From an uncultured Pseudomonadota bacterium (GTDB lineage Bacteria; Pseudomonadota; Gammaproteobacteria; Burkholderiales; Methylophilaceae): 64,000 bases of DNA. The DNA lies in contig CAINBI010000077.1 in assembly GCA_903846555.1 (NCBI GenBank), positions 5,145-69,144 of the forward strand. Reading direction: 5' to 3'. Each line of letters begins with the position of its first letter. Position 1 is the stretch's first letter. The position numbers and the translations under genes were made by a program. Positions 37,766 through 48,826 of the stretch are shown in pieces. The notes under the pieces were generated by a model that was not told the origin of the DNA, searched no databases, and saw nothing but the letters and a program-made list of their open reading frames with translations.

Positions 37766-37811
37766 ATGCCCTGCGAGCCAATAGGGACGGGCCTCGCAGG
37801 GCATATTTTTT
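37766..37811. terminator. Terminator hairpin; copy 2 (inverted) of the 39-nt palindromic element
   Basis: atgccctgcga-16 nt loop-tcgcagggcat followed by atttttt. The loop is the reverse complement of the loop at 13858-13896. Confidence 0.75.
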
Positions 37812-37851
37812 AAAATGTTTTTGGCTATATTGAATGGATTAAGTCTTGGCG

Positions 37852-37860
37852 TGTTAAAAT
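37852..37860 (+). promoter_or_regulatory. Extended -10 promoter element for rnpB
   Basis: TGtTAAAAT ends 7 nt before the predicted rnpB 5' end. The -35 is weak (TTGAAT at 19-nt spacing). Confidence 0.5.
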
Positions 37861-37867
37861 GCGCTTG

Positions 37868-38227
37868 AAGCTGGCTAGACAGTCGCCGCTTGTGTTTGAA
37901 AAAGCATAGGGGGAGGAAAGTCCGGGCTGCACAGAACGGGATGACGGCTAACGGCCGTACGCTGAAATTTTTGTTAGCGCAAGCTGGCAAGATATAAGGC
38001 GCGGAATAGGGCCACAGAGACGAGCGTATTAAGTTACGGTGAAACGCGGTAACCTCCATTCGCAGCAAGACCAAATAGGCTGGCATTTTAACTTCGGTTA
38101 ATAAGGCGTGGTTCGCGCTGCCAGCGGGTAGGTTGCTTGAGCGTACAAGTAATTGTGCGCCTAGATGAATGACTGTCAGCCTTAGCAATAAGGTCCACAG
38201 AACCCGGCTTATCGGCCAGCTTCACTT
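37868..38227 (+). ncRNA. rnpB: RNase P RNA, bacterial type A
   Basis: 5' GAAGCTGGCTAGACAGTCGCCGC, P4 strands GGGAGGAAAGTCCGGGCT and ACAGAACCCGGCTTATCGGCCAGCTTC, with P1 pairing of gaagctggc/gccagcttc. Collinear with E. coli M1 RNA. Confidence 0.93.
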
Positions 38228-38513
38228 TCACCCAGAATTACCCCTCAAAAGTGCCCTTCAGAATGATGTGCTTACTCGTACGAATGTTCTGTGGCGAGAA
38301 GTTTTTTGCGCTTATTTCGGGCCTAATCCCAAGTTCGTAAGTGTAATTTTAAAATCCCCTGTTTTCACTCCAATTACAATTCAAATGCTTTCAGCATTAC
38401 TTTAATAATCTACATTCACATAATTTCGTATGTACTTAATTTATAACGATATTATTTTTAGCGCAAAAATACGCTAAGTCATTGAGATATATAGGAAAAA
38501 TAGCAAAAAGCGC

Positions 38514-38542
38514 TTGCAATAGGCTTTTATTTTATTTATAGT
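38514..38542 (+). promoter_or_regulatory. dcw-cluster promoter (Pmra-like)
   Basis: TTGCAA (38514-38519), 17-nt spacer, TATAGT (38537-38542). Confidence 0.6.
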
Positions 38543-38550
38543 GCATCTTA

Positions 38551-38580
38551 GTGGGAAGAAGTGGGGTATTGTGGAGATTT
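38551..38580 (+). promoter_or_regulatory. MraZ operator: three direct repeats at 10-nt periodicity
   Basis: GTGGGaagaa GTGGGgtatt GTGGAgattt, just downstream of the -10. This mirrors the TGGGN repeats bound by E. coli MraZ. Confidence 0.7.
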
Positions 38581-38644
38581 CACATAAAGCACACTTAAAA
38601 TTTGGTTTAAGATTTACTTTAAGGTTAAGGAAAGTAACGGCAAA

Positions 38645-39091
38645 ATGTTTCGCGGTGCAACCTCATTAAGTTTAGACGCTAAAAGCAGACTGGCTGTGCC
38701 GACCAAGCACAGGGAATCTTTGCAGCTTGAGTGCGCCGGTAACTTGGTGTTGACTGCACATCCACATCGTTGCTTATTGCTGTATCCGCAACCGGCATGG
38801 GAGCCGATTCAAGCCAAGATGATGGCCTTATCTTCGTTTGATAAGCAATCTAGTGCTTTGCAGCGTTTGTTGGTGGGTTTTGCTGAAGATGTTGCATTGG
38901 ATAGCGCTGGTCGCATGTTGGTTTCACCAGTGTTACGTGAATTTGCGGGCTTGGATAAAGAAGTGATGCTGGTTGGTCAAGGTAGCCATTTTGAATTGTG
39001 GAACATGGAGGCTTGGCGTGCGCAGTTAGCGCAAGTGATGCAAGACGACAACTTCACTATGCCAACAGAACTCGAGGGATTCTCGCTGTGA
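38645..39091 (+). CDS. mraZ: Transcriptional regulator MraZ
   Basis: 148 aa; MFRG...LDAKSRLAVP and the second SpoVT/AbrB-like repeat DSAGRMLVSP. Confidence 0.95.
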   Translation: MFRGATSLSLDAKSRLAVPTKHRESLQLECAGNLVLTAHPHRCLLLYPQPAWEPIQAKMMALSSFDKQSSALQRLLVGFAEDVALDSAGRMLVSPVLREFAGLDKEVMLVGQGSHFELWNMEAWRAQLAQVMQDDNFTMPTELEGFSL

Positions 39092-39200
39092 TTAAGGGCG
39101 TGAGCCGCGCGCCCCACAAAGTATCATTGTCTGCAAAAAAACATCCACAAAATCAGTGTCTTCAACAGTCGCATTAAAGTTAGAAAAGTAAACCCCAGAA

Positions 39201-40193
39201 GTGTCCGAATTAATTTCCAACTCAAAGTCAAATCTAGAAAGCGAATCTGTAGCAGAGTCGTCTACAAGCTCACACATCACCGTTTTGTTAGATGAAGCTG
39301 TGCAAGCCTTGGCCGTTAAGCCAGATGGCGTTTATGTGGATGGCACTTTCGGTCGCGGCGGACATTCCAAAAAAATCTTAGCGCAATTAGGCGTTAATGG
39401 TCGGTTGATTGCGTTTGATCGCGATTTAAGTGCGATTGAATCGAGTCGGGCGATTGCAGACGCTAGGTTTAGCATGGTGCATAGTCATTTTGCGGGCATA
39501 CAAGCCGAACTAGCTGAAATGGGCATTGTAAAAGTAGATGGAATTTTGTTGGATTTGGGTATTTCATCGCCACAAATTGACGAGGCAAGCCGTGGATTTA
39601 GTTTTAGATACGATGCGCCGCTGGATATGCGTATGGATCAAAGCAGCGGAAAAACAGCGGCAGATTTTCTCGCCAGCACAACGGAGCAGGTTTTAGCGGA
39701 GGTTATAAAAAATTATGGTGAAGAACGGTTTGCTAGGCAGATTGCAAGGGCGATTATTACGGAGCGCAATGACGGGCGCGCCATCACCACTACAGGGCAA
39801 CTTACCAAGGTCGTGGCAGGGGCAGTCACGCGGTTTGAGCCCGGCCAGAATCCCGCAACGCGGACATTTCAGGCTTTACGGATTCACGTCAATCAGGAGC
39901 TTGAGGAGCTTACGCTAACCATGCCGCAGTGTTTGGCTTTGTTGGCGCCACAAGGTCGTTTGGCGGTGATTAGTTTTCATTCTCTGGAAGACCGTATTGT
40001 GAAGCAGTTTGTACGTGGCCAAGCGAATCGTGATGACTTGCCTTCGAATTTCCCGGTGCGTGCGGCAGAGTTGCCTCAGCCAAAATTAAAAGCCGTAGGC
40101 AAAACAATCAGGCCGAGCGCTAAAGAAGTTAAACGCAATCCACGTTCGCGTAGCGCAGTTTTACGTGTGGCAGAGAGAACTGACATAGCATGA
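39201..40193 (+). CDS. rsmH: 16S rRNA (cytosine1402-N4)-methyltransferase
   Basis: [30 protein letters not shown] motifs. GTG start; the N-terminus is uncertain. Confidence 0.93.
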   Translation: MSELISNSKSNLESESVAESSTSSHITVLLDEAVQALAVKPDGVYVDGTFGRGGHSKKILAQLGVNGRLIAFDRDLSAIESSRAIADARFSMVHSHFAGIQAELAEMGIVKVDGILLDLGISSPQIDEASRGFSFRYDAPLDMRMDQSSGKTAADFLASTTEQVLAEVIKNYGEERFARQIARAIITERNDGRAITTTGQLTKVVAGAVTRFEPGQNPATRTFQALRIHVNQELEELTLTMPQCLALLAPQGRLAVISFHSLEDRIVKQFVRGQANRDDLPSNFPVRAAELPQPKLKAVGKTIRPSAKEVKRNPRSRSAVLRVAERTDIA

Positions 40194-40525
40194 CACGCTT
40201 GAATCTCATTTTGTTCTTTGCGCTGATTTTTTCAGCACTAGGGCTAGTGAACTCGCAGCATAAGGCGCGCAACCGCTATATTGAGCTTGAGCAACTTGGC
40301 CAAGCAGCTAAACAATATGATCAAGAGTATGGGCAATTGCAGCTTGAGCAAAGCACTTGGGCGATGCATTCCCGCGTAGAAGAGATTGCTACGCTTAAAT
40401 TGCAGATGCAAGTGCCAGATGCCAAGCGCGTGCAAATAGTGACATTGAATGCCGCCGCACCTAAAGAACCAGTAGCCATGAAATTCGAAGTGCCTGCACA
40501 AACGCAATTGGGAGTGGCGCCATAA
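40190..40525 (+). CDS. ftsL: Cell division protein FtsL
   Basis: 111 aa, single TM plus coiled coil, in the position between rsmH and ftsI. Confidence 0.88.
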   Translation: MTRLNLILFFALIFSALGLVNSQHKARNRYIELEQLGQAAKQYDQEYGQLQLEQSTWAMHSRVEEIATLKLQMQVPDAKRVQIVTLNAAAPKEPVAMKFEVPAQTQLGVAP

Positions 40526-42267
40526 TGGCTATGCATACCACGCCTGTGATTGTGAAATTGCCTACTTGGCGTCGTCGCGTGTTGTTGGGGGCGGTTCTGT
40601 TAGGGTTTGCTGCGTTGCTGGGACGTGGTGTTTATTTGCAAAATTTCCATAAAAAATTCTTACAAGACCAAGGGGATGCGCGTTATAGCCGCACCTTGGT
40701 TTTATCATCGCATCGCGGAAAGATTACTGATCGGCATGGTGAGTTGTTGGCGATTAGTTCGCCAGTAGAATCTGTGTGGGCAAGTCCGCCAGATGTTGTG
40801 GTTAATGCTGCGCAAACCAAGCAGATTGGAGATATTCTACAAATTAAACCCGAAGTTGTCAGTCAGAAGTTGGTTAATAGCGAGCGTGGATTTGTGTACT
40901 TGAAGCGTAGGATTTCACCAGAGCTTGCAGCGCAAGTGATGAAAGTGGGCGTGCCAGGCGTCTACTTGCAGCGTGAATATAAACGCTATTATCCTGCTGG
41001 CGACGTTACTGCCCACTTGGTGGGCTTTACTGGCTTGGATGATAAGGGGCAGGAGGGTTTTGAGCTTGCCATGAATGACGCGCTATCTGGGGTGGAAGGT
41101 AGTCGCAAAGTTATAAAAGATAGATCTGGACATATTATTGAAGATTTACAAGCGGTAAAAGTGCCGCAAGATGGTCGCGATGTGGTGTTGTCTATAGACC
41201 GTAGAATTCAGTATTTAGCGCATCGCGAGTTAGTAAAAGCAGTTGAGTTGCATAAGGCTGTCGCTGGTGCAGCAATTGTGTTGGATGCGAGAACTGGTGA
41301 GGTGCTCGCGATGACTAATGTTCCCACTTACAACCCTAATAATCCAGTGAATATTAAAGGTAAAACACGCAATCGTGCGATTGTGGATATGTTTGAGCCA
41401 GGTTCCACCATGAAGCCAGTGACCGTTGCTGCTGGCTTGGAGTCAGGTCAGTACCAGCCTGATACTAAGATTGATACCGCGCCTGGAACCCTGAGAATAG
41501 GCCCTGCAACCATACATGATTCACACGCGCATGGCGTTTTGACCGTGGCCGAGGTGATTCAAAAGTCATCTAATGTAGGTGCGTCAAAAATAGCATTATC
41601 ACTCGATAAAAAATATATGTGGGATACGTTTAACCAATTAGGTTTTGGTGCTAAAACACATATTGGTTTTCCGGGTGAGGCTTCTGGAAAGGTGCGTGAT
41701 TACAAAACTTGGCGGCCAATTGAGCAGGCTACCATGTCATTTGGTAATGGTATTAGTGTGACCTTATTGCAGTTGGCAAGGGCGTATACCGTATTTGCGA
41801 ATGATGGTGAGTTAAAGCCTGTTTCATTATTAAAACTGCAGGATATGCCCGTGGGTACGCAAGTGTTTAGCGCCCAAACTGCAAACGAAATGAAAGACAT
41901 GCTAGAGATGGTGGTTTTGCCAGGCGGCACTGCATTAAAGGCGCAGGTTTTAGGTTATCGCATCGCTGGTAAAACTGGTACGACGCACAAGCTAGGGTTG
42001 CATGGCTATGAAAAAGACAAGTATGTCGCTTCTTTTGTCGGTATGGCGCCAGCATCGAACCCACGCTTAATTATGGCGGTAATGATAGATGATCCTAACA
42101 TTGCTGGCGATCAGTATTATGGCGGAGTAGCTGCTGCGCCAGTATTTAGCGCAGTGATGACCGATGTATTACGTATGCTGGCGATACCACAAGATGCGCC
42201 AAATAATAATGTAGTGATTCCTGATGATGTGCCAGGTAATGTTGATGATGTGAGGGAGAGCACATGA
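40525..42267 (+). CDS. ftsI: Peptidoglycan D,D-transpeptidase FtsI (PBP3)
   Basis: 580 aa; STMK, SSN and KTGT motifs. Confidence 0.95.
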   Translation: MAMHTTPVIVKLPTWRRRVLLGAVLLGFAALLGRGVYLQNFHKKFLQDQGDARYSRTLVLSSHRGKITDRHGELLAISSPVESVWASPPDVVVNAAQTKQIGDILQIKPEVVSQKLVNSERGFVYLKRRISPELAAQVMKVGVPGVYLQREYKRYYPAGDVTAHLVGFTGLDDKGQEGFELAMNDALSGVEGSRKVIKDRSGHIIEDLQAVKVPQDGRDVVLSIDRRIQYLAHRELVKAVELHKAVAGAAIVLDARTGEVLAMTNVPTYNPNNPVNIKGKTRNRAIVDMFEPGSTMKPVTVAAGLESGQYQPDTKIDTAPGTLRIGPATIHDSHAHGVLTVAEVIQKSSNVGASKIALSLDKKYMWDTFNQLGFGAKTHIGFPGEASGKVRDYKTWRPIEQATMSFGNGISVTLLQLARAYTVFANDGELKPVSLLKLQDMPVGTQVFSAQTANEMKDMLEMVVLPGGTALKAQVLGYRIAGKTGTTHKLGLHGYEKDKYVASFVGMAPASNPRLIMAVMIDDPNIAGDQYYGGVAAAPVFSAVMTDVLRMLAIPQDAPNNNVVIPDDVPGNVDDVREST

Positions 42268-43775
42268 CCTTACTCTCAACATTTAATCAGTCATTTAAAT
42301 CGATTACCGCTGATAGCCTTCAAGTGCGGGCAGGCTCATTATTCTTGGCTTACCCTGGTGCAAAAAACGATGGCCGTGATTACATAGGTCAGGCCATTCA
42401 ACAAGGCGCAAGCGCTATTATTTGGGAGCAGGCCGGATTTACTTGGTCTGCCGATTGGCATGTGAGCAATTTAGCGGTAGCTAATCTGAAAGCCCAAGTG
42501 GGTCAGATTGCGGCTGAGTATTACCAATATCCATCAGAAAAATTGACCGTGATAGGCGTGACTGGCACTAATGGCAAAACTTCAGTGAGTCAGTGGCTTG
42601 CCCAATGCTTAGCGCTGTTGGGTAAGAAATCTGCGGTATTAGGCACTATAGGTAACGGCTTTGTTGCTAGCAATGTAGCGGCGTCAGCCGAAGTGAGCGT
42701 GCTCGCCGAAGCGACAAATACCACGCCAGATGCAATATTGCTGCAAGGGATGTTGGCTGATTTTGTAGCGCAACAGGCTGATGCGGTTGTCATGGAGGTT
42801 TCATCACATGGCTTAGATCAAGGTCGTGTGAATGGCGTGGCATTTGATATTGCCGTACTGACAAATTTGAGTCGTGACCACTTGGATTATCACGAAACAA
42901 TGGAAGCTTATGCTGAAGCCAAACAAAAGTTATTTGATATATCAAGGTTAAAAGTTGCAGTATTAAATGCAGATGATGCTTTTGGGCAACAAATCGCAAC
43001 TGCTCTGAGCAAGCAAGGTAAGCCATTGTTAAGTTATGGCCTGCAACATGGCGACGTGCGTGGCAGTCAGTTGAAGTTACATGATGCTGGCTTGAGTATG
43101 TACGTTACAACTCCCAATGACGAAGCGCTATTAGCCGCGCCAGTGCTAGGCCGCTTTAACGCTTATAACGTGCTTGCTGTATTGGTCACCTTGCTTGCGT
43201 TAGATGTTTCTTTAAATGATGCCATTGCCGTCATTGGTCAAATCAAGCCAGTAGTAGGCCGCATGCAGCAATTTGGCGGCGGCAATTTTCCTTTAGTGGT
43301 GGTGGATTATGCCCACACCCCAGACGCGCTGGAAAAGGTGTTAAGCACCTTGCGTGAACAATTGCAGGGCGAGGCAAGATTGCTTTGTGTGTTTGGTTGC
43401 GGTGGCGATCGCGATGCTGGTAAGCGTCCATTGATGGGCGCGATTGCTCGCAAGTTAGCTGATACCGTGATTGTGACTTCAGATAATCCTCGCAGTGAAG
43501 ATGCTGCCACTATTATCGAGCAGATTACTGCGGCTAACCCTGATGGATACTTGCTTGAAACGGATCGTGCAACTGCGATTCATCTGGCAATTCAGTTGGC
43601 TAACAAGGGCGATATTGTACTAGTGGCTGGAAAAGGCCATGAGAATTATCAAGAAATACTAGGCATTAAGCATCCGTTTGATGATGCGCTAATTGCCCAA
43701 GATGCACTTAATATTCGGGCCGTAAAGAATGGCGCATCTCACCAAGCTAAATCTGATAGCGAGGTATCTTTATGA
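42264..43775 (+). CDS. murE: UDP-N-acetylmuramoyl-L-alanyl-D-glutamate--2,6-diaminopimelate ligase
   Basis: GVTGTNGKTS P-loop and the DNPR motif characteristic of meso-DAP-adding MurE. Confidence 0.95.
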   Translation: MTLLSTFNQSFKSITADSLQVRAGSLFLAYPGAKNDGRDYIGQAIQQGASAIIWEQAGFTWSADWHVSNLAVANLKAQVGQIAAEYYQYPSEKLTVIGVTGTNGKTSVSQWLAQCLALLGKKSAVLGTIGNGFVASNVAASAEVSVLAEATNTTPDAILLQGMLADFVAQQADAVVMEVSSHGLDQGRVNGVAFDIAVLTNLSRDHLDYHETMEAYAEAKQKLFDISRLKVAVLNADDAFGQQIATALSKQGKPLLSYGLQHGDVRGSQLKLHDAGLSMYVTTPNDEALLAAPVLGRFNAYNVLAVLVTLLALDVSLNDAIAVIGQIKPVVGRMQQFGGGNFPLVVVDYAHTPDALEKVLSTLREQLQGEARLLCVFGCGGDRDAGKRPLMGAIARKLADTVIVTSDNPRSEDAATIIEQITAANPDGYLLETDRATAIHLAIQLANKGDIVLVAGKGHENYQEILGIKHPFDDALIAQDALNIRAVKNGASHQAKSDSEVSL

Positions 43776-45166
43776 TGCTACTTTCTGAAGCCGCAAGCGC
43801 CATGCAAGCCTCACTGATTGGCAAGGACTCAAGCTTTAACAGTGTGGGCACAGATAGCCGCAACATCACAAAAGGCCAGTTATTTGTGGCGCTAAAAGGT
43901 GATCATTTTGACGGACATGATTATGCCAAGCTAGCCATTAAGCAAGGTGCGGCAGCGGTGTTGGTATCGCATCAAGTGGCAGGTGCAGAGCCGGCAATCG
44001 TGGTGAATGACACTTGTTTAGCCTTAGGTCAACTTGCCGCATATTGGCGCAATCAATTTGACCTCCCAGTAGCGGCAATTACCGGTAGCAATGGTAAAAC
44101 CACTGTAAAAGAAATGCTCGCTTCTATATTAAGAGCCGCTAGCAATCATTCTGATGCAGTATTAGCCACCGTTGGCAACTTAAACAACCACATTGGCTTG
44201 CCGCTGACTTTGCTTAAATTGAACAAACAGCATCGCTATGCGGTGGTCGAAATGGGCATGAACCACACGGGTGAAATTAGTTATTTATCAAAAATCGGTC
44301 AGCCAACTGTTGCGGTGATTAATAACGCGGGTAGCGCACATATTGGCGAGTTGGGTTCCTTAGAGGCTATTGCCAAAGCCAAAGGCGAGATTTTTGAAGG
44401 TTTAGCCGCTAATGGCACGGCTGTGATTAACGCTGATAATGCTTTTTCGGCACTTTGGATTGCGCTCGCTGGCAATCATAACGTAGTGACTTTTGGCTTA
44501 GAAAATAAAGCTGATGTTAGCGCAACTTATCAGCTACAAGCCAGTGCCAGCATGCTTGAGATTCATACGCCACAAGGCACAGTGAATGTGCAGTTGCCAG
44601 CACCAGGCAAACATAATGTACTTAATGCCTTGGCGGCCACTGCCACGGCTTTAAGTATGGGTGTGTCGCTCAATATTATTGCTGCTGGCTTAGATTGTTT
44701 TGCAGGTGCAAAAGGCCGCTTGCAGCCATTAAATGGCTGCAATGGCGCATTAGTGATTGATGATACTTATAACGCGAATCCGATGTCAATGAAAGTTGCC
44801 ATTGATGTGCTTGTGGCCAAAACAGGTAAAAAGCTATTGGTGTTGGGCGATATGGGAGAGTTGGGTGATAACGCGACCGAGCTACATGCTGAAATTGGTT
44901 TATACGCCAAAGCGGCAGGTGTCGATGCGCTATTGACCTTAGGTGAGTTAAGTCAGCATATGGTCAGCGCCTTTGGTGTAGGCGCACAGCATTACTTAAC
45001 TGTAGAAGAATTAAGCGCAGACCTAATTGCAAAAATGACTCCTGATGCAACCGTGCTGGTAAAAGGCTCGCGCTTTATGGCAATGGAGCGCGTTGTGAAG
45101 CAGTTAGTGGTCAAAGCGATAGATAAAGAAGCGACTAACGCGACCCAAAATGGAGAGGCACACTAA
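43772..45166 (+). CDS. murF: UDP-N-acetylmuramoyl-tripeptide--D-alanyl-D-alanine ligase
   Basis: ITGSNGKTTVKEM, Mur ligase architecture, position in the cluster. Confidence 0.95.
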   Translation: MMLLSEAASAMQASLIGKDSSFNSVGTDSRNITKGQLFVALKGDHFDGHDYAKLAIKQGAAAVLVSHQVAGAEPAIVVNDTCLALGQLAAYWRNQFDLPVAAITGSNGKTTVKEMLASILRAASNHSDAVLATVGNLNNHIGLPLTLLKLNKQHRYAVVEMGMNHTGEISYLSKIGQPTVAVINNAGSAHIGELGSLEAIAKAKGEIFEGLAANGTAVINADNAFSALWIALAGNHNVVTFGLENKADVSATYQLQASASMLEIHTPQGTVNVQLPAPGKHNVLNALAATATALSMGVSLNIIAAGLDCFAGAKGRLQPLNGCNGALVIDDTYNANPMSMKVAIDVLVAKTGKKLLVLGDMGELGDNATELHAEIGLYAKAAGVDALLTLGELSQHMVSAFGVGAQHYLTVEELSADLIAKMTPDATVLVKGSRFMAMERVVKQLVVKAIDKEATNATQNGEAH

Positions 45167-46270
45167 ATGTTATTAGTATTAGCACAATGGCTGGCACACG
45201 ATATTCGTGGATTTCATGTATTTAACTATATTACTTTGCGTGCAGTGTTGGCCACGCTGACCGCATTGGCAATTTCACTTATCGCTGGCCCTAGCATGAT
45301 ACGTAAGTTGACTGAGTACAAAGTCGGACAAGCTGTGCGTGATGATGGACCACAGACGCATCTAATGAAAACTGGCACACCAACTATGGGGGGCGCGCTT
45401 ATTTTAATCTCTATAGCAATATCTACATTGTTATGGGCAGACCTAAGTAACCGCTTTGTATGGGTGGTATTAGCCACTACGCTAGGTTTTGGCGCAATCG
45501 GCTGGGTAGATGATTACCGCAAAGTGGTGCATAAAAACCCCAAAGGACTCTCCGCTAAAGCCAAGTTTTTTTGGCAAAGTTTAATCGGCATAGCCGTTGC
45601 CGCTATTTTATACAAAACACATACCAGTCCGGCAGAAATCACCTTGATTGTGCCGTTCTTTAAGCATCTAGTGCTGCCGTTAAGCGCGGTCGGATTCATG
45701 CTGTTAACGTATTTAGTCGTGGTAGGTAGCAGCAATGCCGTGAACTTAACTGACGGGCTGGATGGATTAGCCATTTTGCCAACGGTAATGGTGGCTGCTG
45801 CTTTGGGTATTTTCGCTTACGTTGCGGGGCATCTGTACTTCTCAAGATATTTAGGCGTGCCTTATGTGGCAGGCGCTAGCGAGCTGATGGTTTTCTGTGC
45901 TGCGTTGGCTGGTGCTGGTTTAGGGTTCTTGTGGTTTAACGCCTATCCAGCAGAAGTTTTTATGGGTGATGTGGGCGCGTTAGCCTTAGGCGCTGCGCTG
46001 GGTATTGTGGCGGTAATTGTGCGCCAAGAAATCATACTATTCATTATGGGCGGTGTGTTTGTGGTGGAGACTTTTTCGGTAGCAGTGCAAGTCTTGTATT
46101 TTAAATATACCAAACGAAAAACTGGTGTAGGTCAACGCATATTTTTGATGGCGCCACTACACCACCATTACGAAGAAAAAGGTTGGAAGGAAACGCAGGT
46201 AGTGGTGCGTTTTTGGATTATCAGCATGATGTTGGTGTTGATTGGTTTGGCAAGTTTGAAATTAAGGTAA
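45167..46270 (+). CDS. mraY: Phospho-N-acetylmuramoyl-pentapeptide transferase
   Basis: 367 aa polytopic protein; [26 protein letters not shown] motifs. Confidence 0.96.
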   Translation: MLLVLAQWLAHDIRGFHVFNYITLRAVLATLTALAISLIAGPSMIRKLTEYKVGQAVRDDGPQTHLMKTGTPTMGGALILISIAISTLLWADLSNRFVWVVLATTLGFGAIGWVDDYRKVVHKNPKGLSAKAKFFWQSLIGIAVAAILYKTHTSPAEITLIVPFFKHLVLPLSAVGFMLLTYLVVVGSSNAVNLTDGLDGLAILPTVMVAAALGIFAYVAGHLYFSRYLGVPYVAGASELMVFCAALAGAGLGFLWFNAYPAEVFMGDVGALALGAALGIVAVIVRQEIILFIMGGVFVVETFSVAVQVLYFKYTKRKTGVGQRIFLMAPLHHHYEEKGWKETQVVVRFWIISMMLVLIGLASLKLR

Positions 46271-46292
46271 ATAGACAGGCCGATAAACGAAA

Positions 46293-47666
46293 ATGAAAAT
46301 CGCGTTAAAAGACAAAAAAGTATTAGTGCTAGGCCTTGGTGAAACAGGGGTCTCTACCTTGCGTTGGTTAAACACGCAAGGCGCACGCTTGTCTGTGGCG
46401 GATACGCGCGAAACACCGCCAGGCATAGAGGTACTTAAAGCAGAGTTGCCGCAAGTGAAGATTTACTCAGGTGCTTTTTCAGAAGAAATGTTTAGCGAAC
46501 TAGACTTGATCGTGGCAAGCCCAGGCGTACCATTGAATGAACATGAGGTTCAATCCGCTATTAAGCGTGGTATTAGTGTTGTTGGAGACGTCGAGTTGTT
46601 TGCGCAATACCGCCCAACAAGCGCCAAAGTGATTGCGATTACTGGCGCTAACGGCAAAACTACCGTGACTACTTTGGTCGGAGAAATGTGCAAAGCGGCA
46701 GGTTTGAAAACGATAGTTGCCGGCAATATTGGTTTGGCGGTGTTAGATACATTAAACATGGAAACGCCAGATGTTTACGTGCTGGAGTTATCTAGTTTTC
46801 AGCTGGAGACGACCAATTCATTGCACGTCGATGCAGCCACTATGCTTAATTTATCTGAAGATCACATGGATAGATACGCTAGTTTTCAAGAGTATGCGAT
46901 AGCCAAAGCGCGTATTTTTTACAACGCAACTTTGCAAGTGCTTAATCGTGATGATGCGTGGAGCATGATGATGGCGCGGTCAAAATTAGCGCAAGTGACT
47001 TTTGGTTTGTCAGAAGATAGCGATGTAACATCTTATGGCTTAAAGCAGCTTGATGGCGAAACATGGCTTTGTGTGGGCGAAAAGGAGCTGATCAACATAT
47101 CGGACCTAAAAATCGTCGGTTTGCATAATGCAGCAAACGCGCTGGCCGCCGTCGCTCTATGTCGAGCGATTGGGGTAGATTACGCGCCTATTATCCAAAC
47201 ACTTTATAACTTTAAAGGTTTGCCACATCGCGTTGAGTGGGTTGCCAATATTGATGATGTTGATTATTACGATGACTCAAAAGGCACGAATGTAGGCGCA
47301 ACCTGTGCCGCTATCGCAGGCATATATAAAAATGGTTTCCCACAAAAAATCGTATTGATAGCAGGCGGCGAAGGCAAAGGCCAGGATTTTTCACCGTTAG
47401 CGGATGCCATAGCAGAAAATACGCGTGCCGTCGTGTTAATAGGCCGTGATGCAGCGTTGATTGAAGCGGCATTGTTAAAAACTAACGTTCCTATATATCT
47501 TGCGATTGATTTAGCTGAAGCGGTCAACATTGCTAAAAAACTCGCTCAATCAGATGACGCCGTATTGCTATCTCCAGCCTGCGCAAGTTTTGATATGTTC
47601 AAAAATTATGTGCATCGTGCAGAAGTCTTTGTCAGCGCGGTTAAGCGCTTGAAGGAGCTTGCATGA
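46293..47666 (+). CDS. murD: UDP-N-acetylmuramoylalanine--D-glutamate ligase
   Basis: [16 protein letters not shown]; cluster position. Confidence 0.95.
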   Translation: MKIALKDKKVLVLGLGETGVSTLRWLNTQGARLSVADTRETPPGIEVLKAELPQVKIYSGAFSEEMFSELDLIVASPGVPLNEHEVQSAIKRGISVVGDVELFAQYRPTSAKVIAITGANGKTTVTTLVGEMCKAAGLKTIVAGNIGLAVLDTLNMETPDVYVLELSSFQLETTNSLHVDAATMLNLSEDHMDRYASFQEYAIAKARIFYNATLQVLNRDDAWSMMMARSKLAQVTFGLSEDSDVTSYGLKQLDGETWLCVGEKELINISDLKIVGLHNAANALAAVALCRAIGVDYAPIIQTLYNFKGLPHRVEWVANIDDVDYYDDSKGTNVGATCAAIAGIYKNGFPQKIVLIAGGEGKGQDFSPLADAIAENTRAVVLIGRDAALIEAALLKTNVPIYLAIDLAEAVNIAKKLAQSDDAVLLSPACASFDMFKNYVHRAEVFVSAVKRLKELA

Positions 47667-48826
47667 TTGCCGCCATGTTAAATCGTGACCGCATCAACTC
47701 ACCTACCTATGACCAAGGCTTGCTGTGGACGGTATTGTGCTTGCTGGGCATAGGTTTGGTTATGGTGTATTCAGCCTCTATTGCGATTGCTGAAGCGGAT
47801 AAAGGTGTTGGGCATAACAGCGGTTATTACCTCGTGCATCAAGCCATTTTTATGGTGGTAGCGCTAACGGCATCATTTGTTGCGTTTCAAGTGCCTATTT
47901 CGTGGTGGCAAAAAATGGCGCCGTATTTATTTTTGCTGGGCATGGCCTTGTTGGTCTTGGTGCTTATTCCTGGCATCGGCCTTAAAGCGGGCGGTAGCCG
48001 CCGCTGGTTAAGATTATTTGTGATTAATCCACAACCCTCAGAGTTTATGAAGCTATTTGCCGCCATGTATGTGGCAGATTACACCGTGCGCAAAGCTGCG
48101 GTGATGGATAGCTTTAGAAAAGGTTTTTTACCCATGTTAATCGTGATGCTGATGGTGGGTGGTTTGTTATTACGCGAGCCAGATTTCGGCGCATTTGCCG
48201 TAATTGCGGCAATCTCAATCTCGATTTTATGGCTAGGCGGCATTAACGGTCGCATATTTGCTGGTTTGCTAGTGTTGCTGGTTGTCGGGTTTGTGTTCTT
48301 GATTTGGAGTTCACCTTACCGACTTGAGCGTGTGATCGGCTTTATGGATCCGTGGGCAGATCCGTATGGTAAAGGTTATCAACTTTCACATGCACTCATT
48401 GCGTTTGGTCGTGGCGAGTGGTTTGGTGTGGGTTTAGGCGCTAGTGTGGAAAAATTATTGTATCTGCCAGAAGCGCATACCGACTTTTTACTGGCCGTAA
48501 TTGCAGAAGAATTAGGCTTTGTAGGCGTTTTAGCCGTTGTTGGATTATTTGTATGGATAGTGATTCGCTCTTTTAGTATCGCAAAAGAAGCGATTGCCAA
48601 TGAGCGTTATTTTGCAGCGCTACTTTCACAAGGCTTAGGCGTTTGGATGGGCGTGCAAGGCATTATCAATATGGGTGTAAACATGGGGCTGCTGCCAACC
48701 AAAGGATTAACTTTGCCTTTACTGTCATTCGGCGGCAGCGGTATTTTAGCCAATTGTATTGCGATGGCTATCGTGCTCAGAATCGACTTTGAAAATCGCC
48801 GATTGCAAAAAGGTTTGCTGTCATGA
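47663..48826 (+). CDS. ftsW: Peptidoglycan glycosyltransferase FtsW (SEDS family)
   Basis: 387 aa polytopic SEDS protein (PSEFMK, HTDF motifs). Confidence 0.93.
   Translation: MIAAMLNRDRINSPTYDQGLLWTVLCLLGIGLVMVYSASIAIAEADKGVGHNSGYYLVHQAIFMVVALTASFVAFQVPISWWQKMAPYLFLLGMALLVLVLIPGIGLKAGGSRRWLRLFVINPQPSEFMKLFAAMYVADYTVRKAAVMDSFRKGFLPMLIVMLMVGGLLLREPDFGAFAVIAAISISILWLGGINGRIFAGLLVLLVVGFVFLIWSSPYRLERVIGFMDPWADPYGKGYQLSHALIAFGRGEWFGVGLGASVEKLLYLPEAHTDFLLAVIAEELGFVGVLAVVGLFVWIVIRSFSIAKEAIANERYFAALLSQGLGVWMGVQGIINMGVNMGLLPTKGLTLPLLSFGGSGILANCIAMAIVLRIDFENRRLQKGLLS

Noticed and set aside
37757-38188. 143-aa minus-strand ORF and 78-aa plus-strand ORF (38169-38405) around 37.8-38.4 kb.
   Set aside because: Both overlap the RNase P RNA gene (37868-38227), whose conserved P1/P4 sequences account for the region. 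The ORFs are artefacts.
39092-39280. 109-nt mraZ-rsmH spacer, the antisense 62-aa ORF across it, and the 24-residue Ser/Glu-rich N-terminal extension of RsmH.
   Set aside because: The antisense ORF has no RBS or motif. The spacer shows no convincing hairpin or repeat. The RsmH extension may simply reflect an uncertain start codon.
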